From an uncultured Gammaproteobacteria bacterium (GTDB taxonomy: Bacteria; Cyanobacteriota; Vampirovibrionia; LMEP-6097; CAYGPN01): a stretch of 64,000 nucleotides of DNA. The notes below the pieces were generated by a model. That model ran no database searches, had not been told where the DNA came from, and saw nothing but the letters and a program-made list of their open reading frames with translations. Below are positions 9,324 through 17,960 of the stretch, piece by piece. The translations under genes and the position numbers were made by a program. Numbering within the stretch: position 1 is the stretch's first letter; each line of letters opens with the position of its first letter. The stretch spans positions 9,545 through 73,544 of the forward strand of contig CAYGPN010000002.1 in assembly GCA_964352085.1 (NCBI GenBank), given 5' to 3'.

Positions 9324-9950
9324 CTAGTCTGTCTGCACTTTATCAACACGCGCATGCTCAGCAAGAATAATCGATTCTAGTAAACGAGTTGCGCTCTCTA
9401 CAGTGTCATTAACAATATAGTATTTAAAATCTTTAGTTCTACCCATTTCTTCTTTCGCTTTAGCTAAGCGCTTTTGGATGGTTTCTTCATTTTCAGTCCC
9501 GCGGCTACGAAGACGGTTCTCAAGCTCTTCATAACTAGGCGGCAAAAGGAAAATCATAATTGCTTCAGGAAATTTCTCTTTAACTTGAAGCGCGCCCACC
9601 ACCTCAATCTCTAAAAGCACATCTAGACCTTGATTGAGCTGCTCTTCCACAAAATCTCTAGGCGTTCCATAAAAATTACCCACAAATTCAGCCCACTCAA
9701 GAAGCTCATCCTTGCGAATCATTTCTTCAAATTCTTCTTTTGATTTATAAAAATAATTTTCACCATCTAGTTCCCCAGGTCTAATTGTGCGAGTAGTAGC
9801 TGAAATAGAAAATTGAAGCTCAGGAATATCTTCGCGTGTTTTAGCAACAACAGTACCTTTACCCACACCAGAAGGTCCAGTAAAAACTATCAAGTTGCCT
9901 CGAGTTCTTTTAAACAATGAATTATTTATGGTTTTTGCTTCTGTCAACAT
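9324..9950 (-). CDS. gmk: Guanylate kinase
   Basis: P-loop GPSGVGKGT; 208 aa. Confidence 0.9.
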   Translation of the reverse strand: MLTEAKTINNSLFKRTRGNLIVFTGPSGVGKGTVVAKTREDIPELQFSISATTRTIRPGELDGENYFYKSKEEFEEMIRKDELLEWAEFVGNFYGTPRDFVEEQLNQGLDVLLEIEVVGALQVKEKFPEAIMIFLLPPSYEELENRLRSRGTENEETIQKRLAKAKEEMGRTKDFKYYIVNDTVESATRLLESIILAEHARVDKVQTD

Positions 9951-10063
9951 AACCCTATTGGGTTTAATATGCCCAGTTTATAAGAATTTGATGCTTTAAG
10001 CAAGAAAATTAGCTGAAATGTAACAAATTCAGTCCTGTCACCGGGTGTTATGCATGCAAGCAA

Positions 10064-11077
10064 TTAAACAGTTGCCTTAGCTTTCTTACCTTGAAAATCC
10101 ATCTTCTCACGAAGCATTCCACCAACTTGCTCGATTTGGTGTCCTTGCTCGCTTTTACGAGTAGCTAAGAAATTTTTCTGATTATGCTTAGTGTTTTCTT
10201 CCATCCAGTTCTTAGCAAATGTGCCAGCTTGAATATCACTCAGCACTTCTTTCATGCGCGCTTTAACTGAAGGATCAATCACTCTTGGTCCAGAAACATA
10301 ATCACCATACTCAGCAGTATTTGAGATGCTATATCTCATTTTATCCATACCGCCTTCATACATTAGATCAACGATCAGCTTAGTTTCGTGCAAGCACTCG
10401 AAGTAAGCCATCTCAGGTGAGTAACCAGCTTCTACTAAAGTCTCGAAGCCAGCTTTAATAAGTGATGTTAAACCACCACAAAGAACTACTTGCTCACCAA
10501 AAAGATCAGTCTCTGTCTCTTCTTTAAATGAAGTTTCAAAAACTCCAGCACGCGTTCCGCCAACAGCTTTAGCATAAGACATCGCAAGATCACGAGCCTT
10601 GCCAGACTTGTCTTGGTAAACAGCGATAAGAGCTGGCACACCAAAACCTTGCGTGTAAACTACTCTTACTCTATGACCAGGTCCTTTCGGCGCAACCATA
10701 ATCACATCAACATCAGCAGGCGGCGCGATGTAGCTAAAGTGAATAGAAAAACCGTGAGCCACCATTAGAGTTTTGCCAGCAGTTAAATGTGGCTTGATGC
10801 TCTCTTCATAAACTTTTGCATGAAGCTCGTCTGGTAAAAGTATCATGATCACATCAGCTTCAGCCGACGCGCCCGCGACGGTCATAACTTTAAGACCATC
10901 AGCTTCAGCTTTCGCCCAGCTCTTAGATCCTTCATATAGTCCTATACGAACATCGCAGCCACTTTCTTTTAAGTTGAGTGCGTGCGCGTGCCCTTGCGAG
11001 CCGTAGCCTATAATAGCTATTTTTTTGGATTGAATTAGTTTTAAATCTGCGTCTTCGTCATAAAATACTTTAACCAT
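10064..11077 (-). CDS. ilvC: Ketol-acid reductoisomerase
   Basis: [21 protein letters not shown] Rossmann motif; 337 aa. Confidence 0.9.
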   Translation of the reverse strand: MVKVFYDEDADLKLIQSKKIAIIGYGSQGHAHALNLKESGCDVRIGLYEGSKSWAKAEADGLKVMTVAGASAEADVIMILLPDELHAKVYEESIKPHLTAGKTLMVAHGFSIHFSYIAPPADVDVIMVAPKGPGHRVRVVYTQGFGVPALIAVYQDKSGKARDLAMSYAKAVGGTRAGVFETSFKEETETDLFGEQVVLCGGLTSLIKAGFETLVEAGYSPEMAYFECLHETKLIVDLMYEGGMDKMRYSISNTAEYGDYVSGPRVIDPSVKARMKEVLSDIQAGTFAKNWMEENTKHNQKNFLATRKSEQGHQIEQVGGMLREKMDFQGKKAKATV

Positions 11078-11145
11078 AATGAAAGTATTTTAGCATAGAC
11101 ATAATATGTGCAAGCATTCAAAATTTATTAGAAAATCGCTGAGAA

Positions 11146-11218
11146 CGAGGCTTACGAAGAATCCCAAACCTAAGTTGACTCAGCGTCAATGCAGGTTTGG
11201 GATTCAAGTATAACGATG
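11146..11218. repeat. Second intergenic repeat family, copy B. It contains a 13-bp-stem hairpin at 11159-11205.
   Basis: cgaggcttacgaag, then gaatcccaaacct...aggtttgggattc, then agtataacgatg. Confidence 0.5.
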
Positions 11219-11241
11219 TTATCGGCGATTTGCTGATAAAT

Positions 11242-11460
11242 TTAAGCTGCTTTAGCTAAAGGCGCTGCTGCCGCTTCTAGCTTGAACTTTGCTCTTATCA
11301 AAAATACTGCAACACCACTTGGCTTAGCACCATAAGTTCTTTCGTAGATCGTGCAAAGATAATCTAGAGCGGAATCATCATCCATAAGCTCTACTTTTGC
11401 AAGCTCATTTTCTTCTATTGACTCAATGAAATTTTGAATTATTCTAGCGCATAAAAACAT
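11242..11460 (-). CDS. Hypothetical small protein
   Basis: 72-aa ORF with an Ala-rich tail. It may be spurious. Confidence 0.3.
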   Translation of the reverse strand: MFLCARIIQNFIESIEENELAKVELMDDDSALDYLCTIYERTYGAKPSGVAVFLIRAKFKLEAAAAPLAKAA

Positions 11461-11715
11461 AGAAATCTCCCCTTGTTACTCGTTGTACCCCTTAATTGTA
11501 GTTTGGACTCCGAGTAATTTAGCTACCTATTTAGATCTATTCCCAGATTTCTGGATATATCTTTACATAGACAGTTCGAGGTGAAAACACCCAGATAACT
11601 TTGCTTAAAAAAGCAAGGGATCTCACCTAAGTGAGGACCCAGTATAGCTAGTTTTTCTAGGCTAACTACATGGTTGCCTGTTCTCAAGATGAGTTTTAAT
11701 TTAAAAAATTACTTT

Positions 11716-13458
11716 TTAAATATCACGATAAATTCTCACGCCTACTTTATCCTCAAGCGCTAGATCATCTTTAAACTCACCCTCTACAAGTCCATCTCTA
11801 GAATAAATAGTAGCCTTACCATTAAGAGCACTGTTTTTAAACTGACCAATATATGTGCGGCTCGCTTCAAGTATCTTTCCTTCAGCATGAGTCCTTCCTG
11901 CTACAGTTAGCTTGCCTTCATCATCACTAAGCTCACCGTTTGCTATTTTTCCTGTATAAAATCTATTTGGCTCTGATTTAGCATACTTTGGCAAAAGCAA
12001 TCTAGTAGCTCTACCTTCAAAAGGCTTATCATTTTGCCATTTACCTTTAAAGACTATCTTGCCAAATGAATCAAACAAAGTACCTTCTCCAGATCTTGCT
12101 ATTCCTTGGTCCAAATTCTCAAATAATCTAAGTGCACTCAGTGTCTCAGCAAGCTTGATTTCGCCTTTGTAAGTTTGTTGGTCAGGGTAATTAATCTCAG
12201 CTTCTATTTTATTCTTGTTTACTTGGCTGCTTACAGGGAAGCAAAGCTTAAGCCCGTCTTTATAAATAGCCCTAATGGTAATATCTGTTTCCGCAATCTG
12301 GCTATCTGAAATCGGTTTGATTTTTTTAGTCCCGTTAATTGCAAGCAAAGCTGAATCAGCAGGAAGATCAATTGAGTAAGAACCTTCATAATTACCCTTA
12401 TCATCTACTGGTGCAAATGAAGATTCAACACCATTTAGCTGAAAGAGTGCAAATGGAGATGCGCCTATTTGACTACCTGAGCTGTATTCTTTAAGTCCAT
12501 AAAAAACTTCACTACTATCAGGCAGCCAAAAAATTCCATTTTCAGGCGAATTAGGATCTAACTCACTGATATCCTTAGTGCCGGGTTCAAGTACAGTGTA
12601 GCTTTTCAAGAGCTCACTATTATCATCTAATCTAATAGTATTTAGCTTAAGGTCTTTGTATTTATGAATAAAAGATGTATTTGGGCTAATAAAATTAACT
12701 TGCTTAAAGCCTCGCCTCTCTTTCATAAAAGCAATAGAGTCTTGACTTAGTGTAGTAAGAGCGTTAGATTTCTCTCCAGAATCAAGACCAAAATTCAATT
12801 TATAAGCTCCCTCATGGCCAAGACAGTGAATTAAATTAAATACTCTCCCTCCAAAATTCTTTAAGTAATCAAATGACTCTATAGATCCATCTTGATCAAG
12901 AAATAAAGTCATTGAGTCACGAGCTCTTCTTACAGAAGCTGATTTATTCTTTGCACCATAAAAATACCTAGAAATAAAACCTTTAGGTGCCAAAACCTGA
13001 CAGAATTTTTTCTTCTTGTTTTGGGGATCTGGCAGCACAAAAACTTGACCGCCCATCTTTTTGTGGTTACCAGAATTTTTAACTTCCTTCGCTCTCTTCT
13101 TAAACTCTAAAGCAACTCTAACTTTAAAATTAGCAGCAGCAGCTCGCACAATTTTTTCTAAGTATTCATAAAGATCTGGTATATCCTCTCTTCTTATTTC
13201 AAATTCCTTAAAATTTCTATCTTTTTTATCAAGTGAAAATCTAATAATGGGGTCAAGCATTCCTAAATCAAAGTCAATCTCAGGATCAGGTAACTTATGA
13301 TCATGAACCCTCTTTATAATATCTTTTCCAGAATAGCGGCTAGCTTTTACCACTGGCAGAGCATCTATACTGGCTTCAAGTCTTGAAGTGTCAGGAATAA
13401 GTGTGCGTTTAAAAAAAAGCAAATTAGATGCAGTTATTCCTTTGTCATCAAACTTCAT
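11716..13458 (-). CDS. MORN-repeat-like protein, paralog A of a tandem pair
   Basis: 580 aa. The N-terminal ~110 aa are conserved with the upstream paralog (VKASRYSGKDIIKRVHDHKLPDPE...KEFEIRREDI...YEYLEKIVR). The C-terminus carries Y/F-x-G...G...G...W-type MORN-like repeats. Confidence 0.6.
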   Translation of the reverse strand: MKFDDKGITASNLLFFKRTLIPDTSRLEASIDALPVVKASRYSGKDIIKRVHDHKLPDPEIDFDLGMLDPIIRFSLDKKDRNFKEFEIRREDIPDLYEYLEKIVRAAAANFKVRVALEFKKRAKEVKNSGNHKKMGGQVFVLPDPQNKKKKFCQVLAPKGFISRYFYGAKNKSASVRRARDSMTLFLDQDGSIESFDYLKNFGGRVFNLIHCLGHEGAYKLNFGLDSGEKSNALTTLSQDSIAFMKERRGFKQVNFISPNTSFIHKYKDLKLNTIRLDDNSELLKSYTVLEPGTKDISELDPNSPENGIFWLPDSSEVFYGLKEYSSGSQIGASPFALFQLNGVESSFAPVDDKGNYEGSYSIDLPADSALLAINGTKKIKPISDSQIAETDITIRAIYKDGLKLCFPVSSQVNKNKIEAEINYPDQQTYKGEIKLAETLSALRLFENLDQGIARSGEGTLFDSFGKIVFKGKWQNDKPFEGRATRLLLPKYAKSEPNRFYTGKIANGELSDDEGKLTVAGRTHAEGKILEASRTYIGQFKNSALNGKATIYSRDGLVEGEFKDDLALEDKVGVRIYRDI

Positions 13459-13467
13459 AAGGTCCCC

Positions 13468-15132
13468 CTAATTCTTAAAGCTCCTAGTCCCAACTTGATC
13501 CTCTACTCCTCTTCCATCTTTAAAATTGCCATGTATCAAAGCTTTTGAAGAATAAATTGTGGCTTTGCCATTTAATTCACTTTGAGAAAAGTTACCCAAT
13601 ATTGCCTTTCCATCAAAGACCAGCTGACCATCAGCATCCTCATACTCACCGTTCTTTATATCTCCAGTATAAAAACTAAGACCATTAGTTTGAGGATTAA
13701 GTCTTGGCAAACTAATAGCACTACCTTCATAAGGCTCATCATTTTGCCACTCACCATCAAAAACCAAATCACCAAATTTGTTATAAAGCTTGCCTCCAGC
13801 TGATCGCTCAAAATCTTGAGAAAAAATCTCAAAGAGCCGTTCTTCACTCATTTTCTCAGCAATTTTAATATGTCCTACATAAGTACTGCCATCAGGGTAG
13901 AAAATATTAGCTCTTACTATATCCGGCTTATCGCCAAAGCCACAAGCAAGTTTAGTACCATCTTTATAGTCAATCAGATATTGTTGAGCCGTATCAATTC
14001 TCAAATTGTCTTCAAAAATACTCTTTTTTAAACCTCTAATTGCTGATAATTTAGAATCTTCAGACTGATCAATGTTAAAAATGACATTATAAGCACCAAC
14101 TTCGCCAGCAATAGGCTTATAACTATACTGACCACCATTGAGTTCAAAAGATACAAATGGATTGCACTCAACATCTAAGTTTTCATCAAGAGCTCCTGTT
14201 TTTAGAAACTCTTTTTCAGTATCCCACTCAATCCCTCTTTTATTGAGAAAACTACTATTAGGACCATCTTCGGCTGAAAATTTCTGAATACCCCCAAAAG
14301 CATATTGTATATAATCTTGCTCACCACTAACTTTTTTATCTGAAGCTAGCTCAGTACTTGTAGAGGAGAGGTAAAAACCAATTTCACCTGCTTCCCAAAT
14401 AGATTTATTTGATAGGTAATCTGGACTTAAAATATAAACTTTATTAGCTACACCATCACCCTTTTCTTCTAAACCAAATTTAATTGTTTTCCCTTTTTGT
14501 CGATCATTAACAAGTTCAAGGTATAACTTATCTCGTAATAATGGATGCTTCCAAGTGTATTCATATTTCATAAACTCACCATCAGGATAGTAGTTCAGTC
14601 CAATGCATCTGTCTTTTTTCTTAGCTTTCTTAGCATCAACAAGAGAATAATTAGAACTAAGTCCTGAATCATAGCTTACTTTCATGTAACTAGTTTTTCT
14701 ATCATCGCTCAAATCGATAGACTCCATAAGCCCATTTCTTGTCATTCGAGTTTGTATATCACCCTTTCTTTTTTCAAAAATTTCATCAAGACGAGATCTC
14801 AGTTTAGCTTCATCAAGCCTTATTAGCTTTTCAAGATATTCAAAAAACTCTTTTATATCTTCTTTTCTAATCTTAAATTCTTTAAAAGAGCTTCTTTTTA
14901 GTCTCGATGCAAATTTCATAACAGGATCCAAATAGCCTAAATCAGGATTAAAATCTGAATCCGGAATTTTATAGTCATGGATTTTATTTAAAATATCTCT
15001 TCCAGTAAAACGACTAGCTTTAACTGATTCATGCTCATCTATTTCTTTTTCTAAGCGAGTTTTATCTGGCACTAAAGTGCATACCATTAGTGGTATTTGC
15101 TCAATAGTTAATTGTGGATGATTAAAAACCAA
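13468..15132 (-). CDS. MORN-repeat-like protein, paralog B of a tandem pair (TTG start)
   Basis: 554 aa with the same N-terminal module (VKASRFTGRDILNKIHDYKIPDSD...KEFKIRKEDI...FEYLEKLIR) and C-terminal MORN-like repeats. GGGGG RBS. It lies 9 nt upstream of paralog A. Confidence 0.6.
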   Translation of the reverse strand: MVFNHPQLTIEQIPLMVCTLVPDKTRLEKEIDEHESVKASRFTGRDILNKIHDYKIPDSDFNPDLGYLDPVMKFASRLKRSSFKEFKIRKEDIKEFFEYLEKLIRLDEAKLRSRLDEIFEKRKGDIQTRMTRNGLMESIDLSDDRKTSYMKVSYDSGLSSNYSLVDAKKAKKKDRCIGLNYYPDGEFMKYEYTWKHPLLRDKLYLELVNDRQKGKTIKFGLEEKGDGVANKVYILSPDYLSNKSIWEAGEIGFYLSSTSTELASDKKVSGEQDYIQYAFGGIQKFSAEDGPNSSFLNKRGIEWDTEKEFLKTGALDENLDVECNPFVSFELNGGQYSYKPIAGEVGAYNVIFNIDQSEDSKLSAIRGLKKSIFEDNLRIDTAQQYLIDYKDGTKLACGFGDKPDIVRANIFYPDGSTYVGHIKIAEKMSEERLFEIFSQDFERSAGGKLYNKFGDLVFDGEWQNDEPYEGSAISLPRLNPQTNGLSFYTGDIKNGEYEDADGQLVFDGKAILGNFSQSELNGKATIYSSKALIHGNFKDGRGVEDQVGTRSFKN

Positions 15133-15205
15133 ATTGCCCCCTTAGATAAATAGAATTCTAGCAAACCGTATATATAAATGCAAGTTGCTGAAAAGAGCCT
15201 ATTGA

Positions 15206-15312
15206 CGTGGCAATCCCATATGGATTGCTTCGCTTCGCTCGCAATGACATCTCAGGCTCGCAATGACATCTCAGGCTCGCAATGACATCTCAGGCTCGCA
15301 ATGACTTGGTGA
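15206..15312. repeat. Palindromic intergenic repeat, copy 3, with a 20-bp tandem unit x~3.5
   Basis: caatcccatatggattgcttcgcttcgctcgcaatgac, then (atctcaggctcgcaatgac) x3. Confidence 0.85.
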
Positions 15313-15321
15313 TTACAATAA

Positions 15322-15741
15322 CTATCTCAAAAGCATATTCACAGCCTGCGAAATAGGTGGCAAGTCAGTATATTTGCCTCGGATTGTCCAGATCAGAGCG
15401 TATATTGCCGCAAGACGAATGATCCAAAAGTATATTGGGATAAGCCCATTAGTCAGACTTTGTAAAAGTAGAATAGTATTATCAAAAATCACAAAGAGAC
15501 TTAAGAAGGTCGCTATAAAATTAATCACTGCAGCAAGCAAGCTTGGCAAGAAGAAAGCAATCATATTAAAAAGAAGCGCTTGGTAGCAGTGATAGCGAAT
15601 AAAATCTTTAACCGTCATTTGACGCACGTTTATAATGATCAGCCAAATTATCGGCGCCCAAGCCATAACAGGAATAAAAATCGCTGAATAAAGCAGACCG
15701 CAAATAACTTTATCTTTTGTGCTTGCTAGCTTGTAGCTCAT
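15322..15741 (-). CDS. Hypothetical polytopic membrane protein
   Basis: 139 aa with 4 predicted TM helices. It overlaps the hisS stop by 4 nt, so it is co-transcribed. Confidence 0.45.
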   Translation of the reverse strand: MSYKLASTKDKVICGLLYSAIFIPVMAWAPIIWLIIINVRQMTVKDFIRYHCYQALLFNMIAFFLPSLLAAVINFIATFLSLFVIFDNTILLLQSLTNGLIPIYFWIIRLAAIYALIWTIRGKYTDLPPISQAVNMLLR

Positions 15742-17075
15742 AGTTTAATTCTACCGTAAGCGGATCTTATTTCTTCGATAGTAAGTACTAACTGCTCAAG
15801 ATCAAGATCCTCGTGTTCATCACCAGTCTCTAAATCTTTAAGTTTTAAAGCACCGCTTTCTCTTTCTGACTGCATGTAGAAGACAGCGAAGCGCGCGTTC
15901 TTTTTATTTGCTTTATCTAATTGCTTAGGCAATTTTGCGCAATCAAAGTCAAAATGCACTGGCATATTGTAATTAAAAAGATCGCGCAATTCAATCGCGA
16001 GCTTCTGCCCTTCAAAAACTTCATCAGAAACTACAAAGATACCGTGAGCATTTTGCGCAAGGTAACCCTCTTCGTGCTCTTTTTTATCTTCCATTAAAAG
16101 CGCTAGCCTTTCCATGCCAAGCGCCCAGCCAACAGCTGGAGTTTCTTTACCACCTAAATTTTCTACCAGTTTATCGTAGCGCCCGCCCGCTAAGACAGTG
16201 TTTTGCGCGCCAAGTACTTTAGATTTTGAGCTGGCTGGCACTTTCACTTCAAAAACAACGTGACTATAATAATCAAGACCACGTACAAGTCTAGGATCTA
16301 TCTCGTAATTAATATTAAAAGCATCAAGCCCAGCAAGAGTCTCATCCCAGATCTTTTGTGATTCAGGATCTAGGCATTCGATAATATCAGGCGCGCCTTC
16401 ATAAAGCTTCTGATCAGCTGGCACTTTACAGTCAAGTGCACGAAGTGGATTTTCTTTATAACGTCTTTGACAATCTTCGCAAACCTTATCCTGGAGTGGC
16501 TTCAAGAAGTCCTTAAGTACATCACGGTACTTATCACGAGTCTCTTGTGAGCCCAGCGTGTTTATATGAAGAGTCAAATCTCCAAAACCCAGATTTTCTA
16601 TAAGAGTCCAACCCAGATTGATAACTTCAAGATCTATATAAGGAGGGGCTGAGCCAAAAGCTTCGATCCCTATCTGATGAAACTGCCTGTACCTGCCAGC
16701 TTGCGGGCGCTCATAGCGAAACATCGGTCCTTGATACCAAAGCTTCACTGGCTTTTGCGCGCGATCCATAGAATTTTCTATAAAAGAACGCACTACAGCA
16801 GCTGTGCCTTCAGGTCTAAGAGTTAAAGATCTATCACTACGATCCAAGAAAGTATACATTTCTTTATTTACAATGTCAGAATCTTCACCAACAGCACGGC
16901 TAAACAAAGCTGTTGATTCAAAGATCGGTGTGCTGATCTCTTCAAAGCCAGCCGATTCTAAAATATCAGAAGCATTAAGCTCTATAAGTTTAAAAAAAAT
17001 GCCTTTATCAGGAAGGATGTCCTGAGTACCGCGAGGGGCTTTTATCTTTTCTGTTTTAGTTTTAGTGCTAGCCAC
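15738..17075 (-). CDS. hisS: Histidyl-tRNA synthetase
   Basis: 445 aa with class II aaRS motifs and an anticodon-binding C-terminus. Confidence 0.9.
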   Translation of the reverse strand: MASTKTKTEKIKAPRGTQDILPDKGIFFKLIELNASDILESAGFEEISTPIFESTALFSRAVGEDSDIVNKEMYTFLDRSDRSLTLRPEGTAAVVRSFIENSMDRAQKPVKLWYQGPMFRYERPQAGRYRQFHQIGIEAFGSAPPYIDLEVINLGWTLIENLGFGDLTLHINTLGSQETRDKYRDVLKDFLKPLQDKVCEDCQRRYKENPLRALDCKVPADQKLYEGAPDIIECLDPESQKIWDETLAGLDAFNINYEIDPRLVRGLDYYSHVVFEVKVPASSKSKVLGAQNTVLAGGRYDKLVENLGGKETPAVGWALGMERLALLMEDKKEHEEGYLAQNAHGIFVVSDEVFEGQKLAIELRDLFNYNMPVHFDFDCAKLPKQLDKANKKNARFAVFYMQSERESGALKLKDLETGDEHEDLDLEQLVLTIEEIRSAYGRIKL

Positions 17076-17097
17076 TATATAGATAATAACCTATCTA

Positions 17098-17252
17098 TGT
17101 CATTGTAAGAGAAGCGTCATTGCGAAGAAAGTGAAGCAATCCATGGATTGCCACTAGGGAGGATTGGTGCTAAGAAGACATCTTTATGCAAACATTAATT
17201 ACCGAAGCACTGCTGTAGGCAGTAGGCGCTCCTGGCAATGACGGTTAATGAC
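17098..17252. repeat. Palindromic intergenic repeat, copy 4
   Basis: gtcattgcgaagaaagtgaagcaatccatggattgcc...ctggcaatgacggttaatgac. Confidence 0.75.
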
Positions 17253-17839
17253 TACAAAGCTTTAACATCAGCAATCACTTCAGCTGTATGTTCTTTAGGT
17301 TTCACTTTCACGTAGTGCTTAATCACTTTACCTGTTTTATCTATAAGGAATGAATCACGCTGAACACCCATATACTCTCTGCCGTACATATTTTTCTTCA
17401 CCCAAACTTTATAAGCTTTGCAGACTTTTTTATCCACATCAGCAAGAAGCGGGAAATTAAGATCATGCTTCTCTATAAACTTAGTATGAGACTTTTCATC
17501 ATCAGGACTTATTCCCAATACTTGAATTTTTAACTTTTTAAGAGTTTTCATTTCATCTCTAAAAATCTGCGCTTCAACTGTGCAACCCGGCGTCATATCT
17601 TTTGGATAAAAATAAACAAGTACGTATTGTCCTTTAAATTCAGTTAATGAGCGGCTAGTGCCATTCTCATCATTAAGTTTTATAGCTGGGGCTTTTTTGC
17701 CTTCGAAGCTTGATTTTTTAATTGTTGTTTTAGTCTTAGTTGTCTTCTTTACGGTCTTTTTAGTCGCTGGCTTCTTTGTAGCAGCAGCTTTTTTAGTAGC
17801 TGCTTTAGCTTTCGTGCTTATTTCTCTAGTTCTTTGCAT
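17252..17839 (-). CDS. bcp: Thiol peroxidase (Bcp-type peroxiredoxin) with a ~45-aa Lys/Thr/Ala-rich histone-H1-like N-terminal extension
   Basis: The core YFYPKDMTPGCTVEAQ (peroxidatic Cys) and NFPLLAD are preceded by KAKAATKKAAATKKPATKKTVKKTTKTKTT. Confidence 0.7.
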   Translation of the reverse strand: MQRTREISTKAKAATKKAAATKKPATKKTVKKTTKTKTTIKKSSFEGKKAPAIKLNDENGTSRSLTEFKGQYVLVYFYPKDMTPGCTVEAQIFRDEMKTLKKLKIQVLGISPDDEKSHTKFIEKHDLNFPLLADVDKKVCKAYKVWVKKNMYGREYMGVQRDSFLIDKTGKVIKHYVKVKPKEHTAEVIADVKAL

Positions 17840-17960
17840 AATTAATTCCTTTGCTTTTAGGAGCTAGTTTCGATTGTATCAGAAAATATACAAAAAGAAA
17901 GGGAAGCCCAATAAGGGCCTCCCTTTCACCGTCATTTTGTAGTGTTCTAGTTTACCTGAA

